This document shows, one piece after another, positions 50,079 to 60,267 of a stretch of 64,000 bases of DNA. The notes under the pieces were generated by a model that saw only the letters and a list, made by a program, of their open reading frames with translations, was not told where the DNA came from and searched no databases. A program made the translations under genes and the position numbers. Where the stretch lies: positions 448,001 to 512,000 of the forward strand of contig OZ241865.1 of assembly GCA_965203275.1 (NCBI GenBank), written 5' to 3'. Source of the DNA: Bdellovibrionales bacterium (GTDB lineage: Bacteria > Bdellovibrionota > Bdellovibrionia > Bdellovibrionales > JAUICD01). How positions within the stretch are numbered: position 1 is the first letter of the stretch; every line of letters starts with the position of its first letter.

Positions 50079-51022
50079 TAAGACTTCCCTGCGTAAATAT
50101 CCATAATTTTTTTAAGCAATGCAAGTGCCTTTGGCTTCTCTCTTTGAAAAGCATTACGTCCTACAATGCTTCCAAAGCTACCTCCCTGATGCAATGATTG
50201 TATTTCTTTGAGTAGATCATCTTCTGTTTTAGCTGGACCTCCGCTAAAGATCACAATGCGTCGAGAGTTAAAAGCTGCCCTTAACACAATATTTGTACGA
50301 TAGGTTAAAGATTGTAAATCTGGATGCTCATCTTGGTTATGAGGTTTGTAAAGGTTTGGATTTTTCAGTGTGGCAGATGGAGGTTTAACTTTAATGATAT
50401 GGGCCCCTAATTGAGCAGCAATATGGGTAGCATAGCTGACAACATCCAAAGCTGTTTCATGTTCTTTTTGTAAACCTTCACCCCTAGGATAACTCCAGAT
50501 CACAATGAGTAACCCTGCTGCTTTGGCTTCTTCTATCAATACAGATATTTCTTCATACATTTGTTTACGATAAGAACTCCCTGGATAAATGGTAAAACCA
50601 ATACCTGCACAACCTAAACGCAAAGCTGCTTCAATACCAGAAGTGATTGAAGGAATAGGACCTTCTGGTTTAAATAAAGAATCAGAACTGTTGATTTTGA
50701 GAATGGTGGGAATTTCCCCTGCATATTCTCTTGCACCAGCTTCTATAAATCCAAGAGGAGCAGCAAAGGCATTGCAACCGGACTCTATGGCTAATCTCCA
50801 ATGGTAGTGAGGGTCGTAAGCATCAGGATTTTTAAAGAAACTCTGATCAGGACCATGTTCAAAACCTTGATCAACAGGCAAAATAACCATTTTACCTGTA
50901 TCTTTCAAATAACCATGATGAAGGATATGAGAGAGCTTTGTTAAAACCCCTGGAGGATCTGCTCCATACCAACTTAAAATTTTAGAGTTATTATTGTTAT
51001 TTGTTTTGATGTTTTTAGACAT
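50078..51022 (-). CDS. fbaB: Class I fructose-bisphosphate aldolase (FbaB/DhnA type)
   Basis: ILPVDQGFEHGP, FTIYPGS, WSYPRG, LGAHIIKVK, GSIVGRNAFQR. Confidence 0.93.
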   Translation of the reverse strand: MSKNIKTNNNNNSKILSWYGADPPGVLTKLSHILHHGYLKDTGKMVILPVDQGFEHGPDQSFFKNPDAYDPHYHWRLAIESGCNAFAAPLGFIEAGAREYAGEIPTILKINSSDSLFKPEGPIPSITSGIEAALRLGCAGIGFTIYPGSSYRKQMYEEISVLIEEAKAAGLLIVIWSYPRGEGLQKEHETALDVVSYATHIAAQLGAHIIKVKPPSATLKNPNLYKPHNQDEHPDLQSLTYRTNIVLRAAFNSRRIVIFSGGPAKTEDDLLKEIQSLHQGGSFGSIVGRNAFQREKPKALALLKKIMDIYAGKS

Positions 51023-51142
51023 ATTATTTTTACTCTTGTATTATTTGAAATTTTGTTAATTATTCTGTGTTTAAATATGATTCCTTCGATGCATTTCTGC
51101 TTAAAAAAAAATAATATTTAAAGTATCAAAGTCAAAAGCTTG

Positions 51143-51649
51143 TTATAATGTCTTTTTACTCTCTAATGCATGTTGTTGTTCAAGTCTTCTTTGAAATAAA
51201 ACTTCCCTGTTAATTCTATATAAAATAGTTAGTTCTTCTAAGCCATCAGTTTTGACTTTTTTGTATTCTGAAATGAAATTTCTTTTATGTTCCATATCTT
51301 TGACAATGGTGACTTGAGTAGCTTTTTTATTTTTAACTCTTAAAATTGAAATACTCAAAGTGTAACGATATTCAGACAGCTGAGCATGATAAGGCGGTTG
51401 CCATATTTGCTCATTTTGAATATAGTTTGTTTTAAGGATGCCAGATTCCATATCGCTGATAGCTATAGGATAATTATTTAAGGCTATTTGAGCAGCCTTA
51501 AAAACTTGAATATAATCTCCTGAAATAGTTCTTTCTAAAAAATCCGGCACTTTTTTAGGATTGTATGAGACTATGTGAGATGGACTTGATGAGCAAGCAA
51601 TCAAATAGAAAAAGCTCCATATCATTAAGAGTGGTTGTACAAAATGCAT
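51143..51649 (-). CDS. Hypothetical lipoprotein (helix-grip/BamC-like pattern)
   Basis: LIAC lipobox; VFKAAQIALNNYPIAISDMESGILKTNY; start taken at MHFVQP. Confidence 0.65.
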   Translation of the reverse strand: MHFVQPLLMIWSFFYLIACSSSPSHIVSYNPKKVPDFLERTISGDYIQVFKAAQIALNNYPIAISDMESGILKTNYIQNEQIWQPPYHAQLSEYRYTLSISILRVKNKKATQVTIVKDMEHKRNFISEYKKVKTDGLEELTILYRINREVLFQRRLEQQHALESKKTL

Positions 51650-51724
51650 TGTGATTCCCCTAGACATACATAGTTTCATATTAAAAGCTTAACATAAGTA
51701 GTTTTGGGATTCAAGTCAATAAAG

Positions 51725-52474
51725 CTAAAGAAATTGTCTGTAAAAACTTTTAAAATATAAGGCAAAAAAATTGTCTCTATTAGACATCTGCAAAAAAAAA
51801 CGTAGAAAGATATGAGGCAATCTATGATATTCTCCAATGGATTGGTAAATAGCATTGACATGTTGAGGATCAAGGCTCATAAGGACTTCAAAAGAAGTTT
51901 TAAAACCACAATCATGTTCTATCATCTGAAATGTAGAAGAAAATGATCGAAAGGCATACCTATTGTCATTAGGTATTTGTTCACAACGATGATTCAATGT
52001 GAGGGTCTCTCCTTGAGATTCTGAAATACTGCATATCAAAAATACTCGAGGATAGATTTCTGCATACCTTCTGTCTAAACCCATCGGAGAAAATATAAAT
52101 GAAACTTCGGAGCGTTTTACTTCTGTAGTACCTACTTCTGTAGTTTTTGGAACAGGTATTGCAGTTTCTTGAGATATTTTCATATCTAGTGGTCTGATAT
52201 TTCGGGTATTGAGCCGAAAGATCAATCTAGATATAATACCTGTGATAGGATGTTCTGGATTAAATGCCTTTAACCATTCATTCCAGATCATACTCCAAGA
52301 AATCTCATCATCAATTTCTTTGTAGTTTTCAAAATGAGTAATTCTGAGTTTTACTCTTTCATAGTCTGCTGGTATACACTGATCGTTTGAGCTTTTTATA
52401 ATAATTGTGTCATTTGTTAAAGCCCTAGTTGAGAAAGACCAAAATAATATGAAAATATAAATAAATACTTGCAT
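51725..52474 (-). CDS. Hypothetical secreted protein
   Basis: MQVFIYIFILFWSFSTRA signal peptide after AAGGGG; start overlaps the upstream stop. Confidence 0.65.
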   Translation of the reverse strand: MQVFIYIFILFWSFSTRALTNDTIIIKSSNDQCIPADYERVKLRITHFENYKEIDDEISWSMIWNEWLKAFNPEHPITGIISRLIFRLNTRNIRPLDMKISQETAIPVPKTTEVGTTEVKRSEVSFIFSPMGLDRRYAEIYPRVFLICSISESQGETLTLNHRCEQIPNDNRYAFRSFSSTFQMIEHDCGFKTSFEVLMSLDPQHVNAIYQSIGEYHRLPHIFLRFFLQMSNRDNFFALYFKSFYRQFL

Positions 52475-53100
52475 TACGGCCCCCTTGTTATTTCGATGCA
52501 TTCAATATCAGCATCTCCTGTATTGAAAGCAAGGGAAGGTTCTGTTGAGATATTTTCTTCTTCATTTGGAGAGGATGTATCTGTCTGAGGATTCTCAGGA
52601 TTCTCATGGTCCTCAGGGGCCTCAGAGGCCTCGGAGGTAAGTGGATTTGCATTAGTATTCTCAACGTTATCTTGATCTGTGGGATCTGTGGCAAATATAC
52701 CTGATGTTGAAAATAAAGGGGAGTCTAAGGTTTCAATCATTTTTTCAATCCAATCCTGAAGTGGCAAGCCATCAATTTGACATTGTATATTTTTTAAAGT
52801 GATTGCTATGTTGTGGAGTTCTTGAAGATGATTGGCAATGTTTTTTATAGGATCTAAATCTTGTTCTATGGATTGCAAGTGAGATGCAATGTTTTTTAAA
52901 GAAAATGCTACACCTTCAAGTACTTGCAAGGCTTCTACAATACTATCTATCTTTTGGTTAATAGTTTCAATAGATTTTGTGTTGTGGGCAATATCTCGAG
53001 TGTCTTTTTGTATGCCACATCCCACCCAACATATTATGCCGATGCACAGAGTGCCAAGAAAAATTAACTTTTGAAAAGGTGTGTTTTTTAATTTTGACAT
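52474..53100 (-). CDS. Hypothetical lipoprotein with coiled-coil repeats and acidic tail
   Basis: WVGC lipobox-like; KNIASHLQ/KNIANHLQ heptad repeats. Confidence 0.65.
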   Translation of the reverse strand: MSKLKNTPFQKLIFLGTLCIGIICWVGCGIQKDTRDIAHNTKSIETINQKIDSIVEALQVLEGVAFSLKNIASHLQSIEQDLDPIKNIANHLQELHNIAITLKNIQCQIDGLPLQDWIEKMIETLDSPLFSTSGIFATDPTDQDNVENTNANPLTSEASEAPEDHENPENPQTDTSSPNEEENISTEPSLAFNTGDADIECIEITRGP

Positions 53101-53203
53101 AGTAAAAATCCTTTTTTATTATTCTCTTTTTTAATTAATATAACTTGAATAGATAAGCAACCTTCAAATTAAAAAATATCATATTATAGAAGGTAAAACA
53201 AAT

Positions 53204-53710
53204 ATGCAACTTTATTATAAGGCTTTTCAAAGTCCACTTGGATGGATAGGTTTGTTGGCCTCTCCTCAGGGACTCCAACAGGTTTTTTGGAATACATCCT
53301 CTCATTATGTCCTTCCCTTTGCTACTTTAAAGCCAAAATACCCTATCTTACAAGAAGCTGAAAAGCAAATCAAAGAGTATTTTGAAGGGAGAAGAAAACA
53401 ATTTTCCCTCTGTTTAGATTTAAGGCAAGGTACATCTTTTCAGAGGAAGGCTTGGCATGCCCTACAAAAGATTCCTTATGGTCAGGTCATTTCTTATCAA
53501 AAACAAGCAGGCATGATGGGGTGTTATCGTGGATATAGGGCCGTAGGCAATGCAAATGGTAAAAACCCTATCCCTATTATTATCCCGTGTCATAGGGTAA
53601 TTCGTAAATCATCAGAAACAAAAATGACTCAACGTAAGATGGGTGGCTTTACAGGAGGGATAGAAAAAAAGGCTTTTTTACTCCAGCTAGAAGGTACTTT
53701 GGTTCACTAA
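53204..53710 (+). CDS. ogt: Methylated-DNA--protein-cysteine methyltransferase
   Basis: GTSFQ..AW.ALQKIPYG, RAVGNANGKNP, IPCHRV active site, LLQLEG. Confidence 0.95.
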   Translation: MQLYYKAFQSPLGWIGLLASPQGLQQVFWNTSSHYVLPFATLKPKYPILQEAEKQIKEYFEGRRKQFSLCLDLRQGTSFQRKAWHALQKIPYGQVISYQKQAGMMGCYRGYRAVGNANGKNPIPIIIPCHRVIRKSSETKMTQRKMGGFTGGIEKKAFLLQLEGTLVH

Positions 53711-54503
53711 AAGTGGTCTAGCCTCTGGCTACTTTCTGGCAATGACCGCAATGGCTTTCGCCATTGGCAAAATGGTCATCACCTAGAAAGCCTGACCACT
53801 TTTAGTAGAAAGGATCTCTTCGTTTTTTAACACGATGTTAAGGAAAAAGATTTTCATTTGTAAACCCGCTTGCTCTCCAAAAATATTTTAGAAGAATACC
53901 TTGTTTCCCTAACATGGTGTCAGAAGCAAGGAGATCCGCTCTACTCAAAATGAGCAGATTTTTGAGGCATTGCTCTGACAGCGATAGCTGTCAGAGCAAT
54001 GCCCAAAAACACACCAGAGGTGTGGCTCATTTTGAGTGAAATGTTAAGGAAAAAGTTCTTTCTTACACCTTGAGTGTTGCCTGCAAAGGCTTTCGCCATT
54101 GGCAAAATGGTCATTGCCTCATTTGATTTGCACTAAAAGTAAACTGACCTCTGGTCACTTTTGGGTAGCCAGCCCGACGGCTACCGCCGTCGATCAAAGG
54201 CTGACTACCTCAAAAGTCCGTTTACTTTTAGTAGGGGAGGATCTCCTCGTCTCATAACTACATGTTAAGGAAAAAGTTCCTTCTCAAAAGCTTGTTCAAT
54301 TTTAGGAAGGAGGATATCCTCATTTTTTAACACCATGTTAAGGAAAAAGTTCCTCCTTACACCAGGATCCCGAGTTGCCGGTTCCCGGATGCCGGATCCC
54401 GGATCCCGGAAAAAGGATCCTCTCATATCCTTACACGATGTTAAGGAAACAAGCTATTTATTGCATTTTCTTTCGCCATCGGTAAAATGGTCATTGCCTC
54501 AAA
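53702..54503. repeat. Modular array: reverse elements 53703-53806 and 54131-54232, forward 53943-54041, module A copies and heptamers
   Basis: Starts inside the last codons of ogt; lies between convergent genes. Confidence 0.9.
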
Positions 54504-54513
54504 CTGAACACTT

Positions 54514-55194
54514 TTAGGGAAAAAGGTCTATACAATTTTCAAAAATGACTTCTGGTGGATTTTCAGGATTGTATCTCGACATAGCATGCAATATGGCTTT
54601 CGACTTTTGAGTTTTATGGACCAAAGCATATCCTATAGCAGTCCATCCCCATTTATTGCTAATATCTATCCTTGCACCCCTGCTGAGTAGAAAACATATA
54701 GTTTCAATACGTTCATTTAAGACGGCTAACATCAAGGCTGTATTCCCCTGAATATTTGTGGCGTCTATTGTGCGATAGCCACCAGCCTGTAAAATTATTT
54801 TAATAATCTCTATATTGTCTCTTTTATCTGCGGCAACCATTAACAATGTTTCTTCCAATTCTGGAATAATTATAGCATTGGGATCTGCTCCAAAATCTAA
54901 GAATAACTGGATGATTGCTTTTTTATCATTTTCTCTATCGCAAACTTCATCAGCCAAAAGAACTTTTAAAAAAGATTGACCTCTATCATCTAAGGCATTA
55001 GGGTCTTCACCCCTTAGCAAGGCATCTCTTACTTGATCAGCCCGGCATAACAAAACAGCAAACTTTAGAGATATTAAATTTTCTGCGGTTTGAGAGGATC
55101 TCAGCGAAGCTTGACTGTGACCGAAGGTTATTTTTTGAGTCAATAAACCAAAGCTAATCAATGTGAAAAAAATTATATGTCGTAAAGAGATCAT
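54514..55194 (-). CDS. Secreted ankyrin-repeat protein
   Basis: Signal-like N-terminus; GEDPNALD, GADPNA, ETLLMVAA, GNTALMLAV, GWTAIGYA repeats. Confidence 0.9.
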   Translation of the reverse strand: MISLRHIIFFTLISFGLLTQKITFGHSQASLRSSQTAENLISLKFAVLLCRADQVRDALLRGEDPNALDDRGQSFLKVLLADEVCDRENDKKAIIQLFLDFGADPNAIIIPELEETLLMVAADKRDNIEIIKIILQAGGYRTIDATNIQGNTALMLAVLNERIETICFLLSRGARIDISNKWGWTAIGYALVHKTQKSKAILHAMSRYNPENPPEVIFENCIDLFP

Positions 55195-55283
55195 CTATTT
55201 GACTTTAGATAAGATTCCAGACAGACACAAGTCCAAATCATATATTTGTGTTAATATTTTGTTTCTTTAATATGGTTTTCATA

Positions 55284-55357
55284 CGGGATCTGGGATCCGG
55301 GATCCGGCAACCGGCATCAGGTCCTGGAACCCGGGATGCTGGATTGCCAGATCCCGG
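55284..55357. repeat. Short heptamer tracts in opposed orientations
   Basis: GGGATCTGGGATCCGGGATCCGGCAACCGGCATCAGG followed by GGATTGCCAGATCCCGG. Confidence 0.75.
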
Positions 55358-55385
55358 AAGAACACCCTATTCAGGAAAAATAAGG

Positions 55386-56000
55386 TCAGATCAAAGGGTC
55401 TATAGGGATCACTTGAATATCTGGAAAGTCTTGTTGAAGGATCGATTCAATGGCATAAAGTGTCCCAGTGACAGCACTAGGGCAGGTCCCACAAGCCCCT
55501 TCGTAACGTATATAAAGCTTATTTCCTTCATACTTAACAACTTCTAAATCCCCTCCATCAGCTTGTAATCCACTTCTGACAGTGCGATCTAAAATAGCTT
55601 CTATTTTTTGCAAGGCAGGTGATGTTTGCTCTTTACACATTTTATTATTTTGGGCTTTTTGTTGATTAAAATGTGGATTATGAGTGGGCAATCTTGTGAT
55701 CAATACTGATTCAATTTGAGGCGATAGGTCCTTCCAATCAGAAGTATTCAAGCTGGGATCGCCTTCTTTTGTAATGCTAATGGCATTTTCAAAAAAATGT
55801 ACTTGTATGATGCCTGGGATAGCTAAAAGGTCTCTAGCTAAAATATTTCCCTTATAATCATCACCTGGATAAAAAGTAGCCTTCCCATCCTCAATAACTT
55901 TTTTAGTCACAATAAATTTTAAAGCATTCGGATTAGGCGTAGATTGAATATCCATATTTATACCTATAATGTAATGTTGTTCATCTTCTCTGCACTTCAC
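55386..56000 (-). CDS. NifU/NfuA family Fe-S cluster carrier (Nfu_N + NifU_C)
   Basis: TPNPNALKF N domain; VRSGLQADGGD, GACGTCPSA; exact start uncertain. Confidence 0.92.
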   Translation of the reverse strand: MKCREDEQHYIIGINMDIQSTPNPNALKFIVTKKVIEDGKATFYPGDDYKGNILARDLLAIPGIIQVHFFENAISITKEGDPSLNTSDWKDLSPQIESVLITRLPTHNPHFNQQKAQNNKMCKEQTSPALQKIEAILDRTVRSGLQADGGDLEVVKYEGNKLYIRYEGACGTCPSAVTGTLYAIESILQQDFPDIQVIPIDPLI

Positions 56001-56381
56001 TTAAAGAAAACTTTGCATAGTTTACTCAAAATATCTCTTAATACCACATATAATACCACACACTCTATCACCTTTTGTTTGTTGCATATATGCATATATC
56101 ATTCCACATATCATTTATCATTCTTTTATCAATTAAATCAATTGATAATGATATTTGTGCTTTGACAGCATAAATATAATGACTTGCAAAAGAAGCCATC
56201 AATTAATTATTTTCCCTGTCCTGTAATGATGAAGTATTTGTTATCGATATTTATTTTGATACGATCTAATGCTAATGCAAAATCTAACGTAAAAGCTAAT
56301 GCTAATCTAATGAAAAATCCGACGAATACACAAGTATACTATAATAGCTATTGAATAAAGAAAGGCCTTAACACATCAAAG

Positions 56382-57590
56382 TCAAGAATTTTTCAGCTCC
56401 ATTTTAGCAATAGTTTGAAGTTGCATATTACTAGTGCCTTCATATATTTGACCTATTTTAGCATCACGATAATATTTTTCAATAGGATACTCTGTGGTAA
56501 AGCCATTGCCTCCAAAAAGGTCAACACCTAGTGAGCAAACTTTTTCACTCATGCGAGAGGAAAATAACTTAGCCATAGCTGCTTCTTTTGTGAAAGATAA
56601 ACCTGCATCCTTCAATCGAGCTGCATTATAAACCATGAGTCTGGCTGCTTCTAAAAGCATTCGCATTTCTGCTAATTGGAACTGCACAGCTTGAAACTTT
56701 GCAATAGGACTGCCAAATTGTTGCCTTGAAAGAATATACTGTTTGGTAGCATCATAAGCTCCTTGTGCAATACCAATCATTTGAGCTCCAATACCAATCC
56801 GCCCTTCATTTAAAACATGAATGGCAATCTTATAACCTTGACCAATCTCACCTAGAATATTTTCTTTAGGTACTCTACATTGATCGAAGATCAATTCACA
56901 AGTAGAGCTAGCTTTGATACCTAATTTGCTTTCCTTCTTTCCAACAGAAAAACCTTCAAAATCCCTCTCTACTAAAAAAGCTGTGATCCCTTTGTAACCT
57001 TTAGAAAAATCAACATTAGCAAAGACTAAAAAAAGCTGAGCTTCTTGAGCATTGGTGATCCATAACTTATGACCATTTAATAAATAGGAATCACCTTTTT
57101 TGTCTGCTTTAAGTTTTAGAGCAAAAGCATCTGACCCACTCGAGCTTTCTGATAAAGCATAAGCCCCTATCCATTGAGAGGATAACAAGGGTAAATATTT
57201 TGCCTTTTGACTGGGATTAGCCCAATAAAGCAGTGCATTATTCACAAGCGTGTTTTGTACATCCACTAAAATACTAACGGAACCATCCACACAACCTAGC
57301 TCCTCAACAGTCAAACAAACTGTTGTAAAAGAGCTACCTAAACCTCCAAATTCCTCTGGTATTTCGATCCCCATAATTCCCATATCAAAAAGCTTTGGTA
57401 TAAGATCAGGGTTTATTGTAGAAGCTTGATCCATTTGATAAACTAAAGGTTTGATTTCTTCTTTAGCAAACTCCTTGATGGCTTCTTTGAATGATATTTC
57501 ATCTTCCGAAAGATGAGTTAAAGCATATCTGATGGACTCTTGAGAACTTTGAGACACAATAGATTCTCCTGATAAATACTTATCCTTCAA
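56382..57590 (-). CDS. Short/branched-chain acyl-CoA dehydrogenase
   Basis: YALSESSSGSDAF, GHKLWITN, KLGIKASST, LNEGRIGI, RQQFG, YRDAKIGQIYEGTSNMQ. Confidence 0.95.
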   Translation of the reverse strand: MKDKYLSGESIVSQSSQESIRYALTHLSEDEISFKEAIKEFAKEEIKPLVYQMDQASTINPDLIPKLFDMGIMGIEIPEEFGGLGSSFTTVCLTVEELGCVDGSVSILVDVQNTLVNNALLYWANPSQKAKYLPLLSSQWIGAYALSESSSGSDAFALKLKADKKGDSYLLNGHKLWITNAQEAQLFLVFANVDFSKGYKGITAFLVERDFEGFSVGKKESKLGIKASSTCELIFDQCRVPKENILGEIGQGYKIAIHVLNEGRIGIGAQMIGIAQGAYDATKQYILSRQQFGSPIAKFQAVQFQLAEMRMLLEAARLMVYNAARLKDAGLSFTKEAAMAKLFSSRMSEKVCSLGVDLFGGNGFTTEYPIEKYYRDAKIGQIYEGTSNMQLQTIAKMELKNS

Positions 57591-57613
57591 ATATTTTTTG
57601 TGTTTATTTAATG

Positions 57614-57904
57614 TTAATGAAACAAAAAAATTAAATCCTGATCTTCAACCATATCAAAATGCTCTCTAGCAATTCTTTCTAAATGGGTCGGCATGTAATT
57701 TTTTTGGATTTCAAGCGATATATTAAGGCTTTTTTCTTTTAAGTGATCGATCTTATGAGTGAGATAAGCCTCTTTTTGAGATAACTTCCAAATTTTAACG
57801 GCCGTTCCATCTACTATAAGGTGAAAGATCATCCAAATAGAACACACAATCAATACAATTTGTGGGGACATAAGTAATTTTTCTATAAAATATCTACGTT
57901 GCAT
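57614..57904 (-). CDS. Septum formation initiator (FtsB/DivIC-like)
   Basis: TM helix, coiled coil, LERIAREHFDMV..QDLIF motif. Confidence 0.75.
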   Translation of the reverse strand: MQRRYFIEKLLMSPQIVLIVCSIWMIFHLIVDGTAVKIWKLSQKEAYLTHKIDHLKEKSLNISLEIQKNYMPTHLERIAREHFDMVEDQDLIFLFH

Positions 57905-58310
57905 AGTGTCATTTTCCTTTATATGATGGGAAAAAACAAATAGAAATAGTCCATTTGCTTTTTTCTACACTTTAGAACAAATCAATAGTCTGTTGTTCTC
58001 ACCACCATAGCTTCTAGCCTTAAAAGTATGAGAAAAAGTGTAAGGTGATTAAAAGGTTAGAAGCTTTAGTTAAAAAACGAAAGATCAAAGATCAAAGATC
58101 ATTAAACTCGACTTTAAGCTTAAATAAAAGCACTTAAGAATTTATTTTATTATAATTGTTTCAAATTGAGAAGTTTTCATTATTCCTTCCATTTTCCTCT
58201 GTGAATTGATCGCTAGATTTTTTTATGTGTTGTTCTTTCTTTTATTTGTAAAGGCTTTGTATGGGTAAAGGCTTTGTATCAAATCAAACTATAAAATTTA
58301 ATAAAAAATA

Positions 58311-59165
58311 TTAAAACCTCTCTTTAAGCCATGCCATTACATCTGAATAAACTTTTTCTCTGCCTATATCATTAAATATTTCATGGAGGTAGCCTTCATA
58401 AATCTTAAGAGTCTTGTCTGCCGAGGTGACTCTTTTAAAATAAGTTTTAGTCGCATCCACACTGACAAATGTATCTTGGCCTCCTTGCATCACTATAATA
58501 GGTAATTTGATCCTTGATGCATGATCTACAACATACTGACAGCCTTTTTCTAAACTAAAAAAGAGCCTAGGGCTGATTTTATCATGTCTTAAATGGTCAT
58601 GTTTGTATTCATTGATCACATCTCTGTCTCTACTAAGTTTATCATAACAAATATCGTATCTTCGAAAAGCAACGTCAGGAAGCCATTTGGCACAAAACTT
58701 CCCTGCCATCAGTAAAAGCTTAGGTACATCGACAGATAAACCACATAAAGGAGAGCTTAAAAGTAATCCATTTACGTTGAGTGCTTTGAGTTCTGATTCG
58801 TTAAGAGAAAGTAGCATTTTATTGCAGATCAGTCCTCCCATAGAATGCCCTAATAAAAATACTGGTATATCAGTTTGTTGATCTTGAACATACTTGATAA
58901 ATAGTTTCAGGTCCTCACAGAGATCAAAGAAATCATACACGACACCTCTTTTACCTTCAGAGCGTCCATGCCCTCGCAAATCCCAACCATAAATATTGAC
59001 ATTAAGAGGCTTTAAACCATTAGCAAATCTTTGATAACATTCTGAATGTTCACTTAAACCATGTGTTACAATTATAACACCTGTCGCTTTTTCAACAATC
59101 CAAGACTGATAAAACAGTTCTGAATCATTTAATCCACGAAAGTAACCTTCTTCTCTTTTTATCAT
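58311..59165 (-). CDS. Lysophospholipase / monoacylglycerol lipase-like alpha/beta hydrolase
   Basis: HGLSEHS, DLRGHGRS.G.RG, LGHSMGG, YEGYLHEIFND. Confidence 0.93.
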   Translation of the reverse strand: MIKREEGYFRGLNDSELFYQSWIVEKATGVIIVTHGLSEHSECYQRFANGLKPLNVNIYGWDLRGHGRSEGKRGVVYDFFDLCEDLKLFIKYVQDQQTDIPVFLLGHSMGGLICNKMLLSLNESELKALNVNGLLLSSPLCGLSVDVPKLLLMAGKFCAKWLPDVAFRRYDICYDKLSRDRDVINEYKHDHLRHDKISPRLFFSLEKGCQYVVDHASRIKLPIIVMQGGQDTFVSVDATKTYFKRVTSADKTLKIYEGYLHEIFNDIGREKVYSDVMAWLKERF

Positions 59166-59472
59166 AATAAAATCTCCTTATATAGAATCTACTGATCACA
59201 ACAAGGCTCTTTCACACGATAGAGAGCTTTTCTGTCCCACTATAGTTATTATTTATGATAAAGTAAACTTCTTTTTTAAATTCATTTTATTTTTGCTTGC
59301 AATGCTCTGCAAGTTTTTATGACAAAGCTTAAAATATCTTCAATATTTTTGCTATTCTTACCTTATTCTTGTAGCTATAATAATCTCTCTTTAAGATTAT
59401 TATGAGTTTGTCACTAGACTTGATAATGATGTCTGTAGTAATTATATAGTCAATCAAAAAGGAGTTTTATTT

Positions 59473-60267
59473 ATGGCCTCTCCATTCGATCAACAAGCAT
59501 CTATTGATGGCATACAAAATGTTTTTGTCATAGCTTCTGGTAAAGGAGGTGTGGGCAAAAGCACTGTAACAAGTAATTTAGCTCTGGCACTTTGTCAACA
59601 AGGTAAAAAGATAGGACTCTTAGATTGTGATATTTATGGCCCTAGCATTCCTCGTATGTTGGGTTTGCTCAATCAGAAACCTACTGTCAGTAAAGACAAT
59701 CGTTTGATCCCATTAGAAAAATATAACATGAAGGTTATGAGTATTGGCTTTATGGTAGCAGAAACCTCTGCTGTGGTATGGCGTGGACCCATGCTATTTA
59801 AAGCCATTGATCAATTTTTAAAAGATGTTCAGTGGGGGTTGTTAGATGCTCTTATAATTGATTTGCCTCCGGGGACAGGTGATGTGCAGTTGACGTTGGC
59901 ACAGAGGATTCCCATTACAGGTGCTGTGGTTGTCACAACCCCTCAAAATGTGGCTTTAGCTGATGTGATCAAGTCTATTGATATGTTTAAAACAGTTAAA
60001 GTACCTGTGATAGGGGTGGTAGAAAATATGTCTTATTTTAGGTCAGAGCAAGGACGTATGGAGCTTTTTCCAAAAGGCGATTTACAATCTTATTTAACTC
60101 AAAATAATATTCCTCTTTTAGCTCAAGTGCCATTTCATACTTCTGTAGCTATGGGAGGGGAAGCAGGTTTACCTGTTGTACAAACACACCCTCAGAGCAT
60201 CGAATCCCAGGCTTTCTTTCAAATAGCTCAGTCAATTGGCTCACTAATTTCACTAAAAGTAAACTAG
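59473..60267 (+). CDS. mrp: Mrp/NBP35 (ApbC) Fe-S cluster carrier ATPase
   Basis: ASGKGGVGKST, DIYGPS, VVWRGPM, DLPPGTGD, GVVENMS; last codons come from the repeat element. Confidence 0.95.
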   Translation: MASPFDQQASIDGIQNVFVIASGKGGVGKSTVTSNLALALCQQGKKIGLLDCDIYGPSIPRMLGLLNQKPTVSKDNRLIPLEKYNMKVMSIGFMVAETSAVVWRGPMLFKAIDQFLKDVQWGLLDALIIDLPPGTGDVQLTLAQRIPITGAVVVTTPQNVALADVIKSIDMFKTVKVPVIGVVENMSYFRSEQGRMELFPKGDLQSYLTQNNIPLLAQVPFHTSVAMGGEAGLPVVQTHPQSIESQAFFQIAQSIGSLISLKVN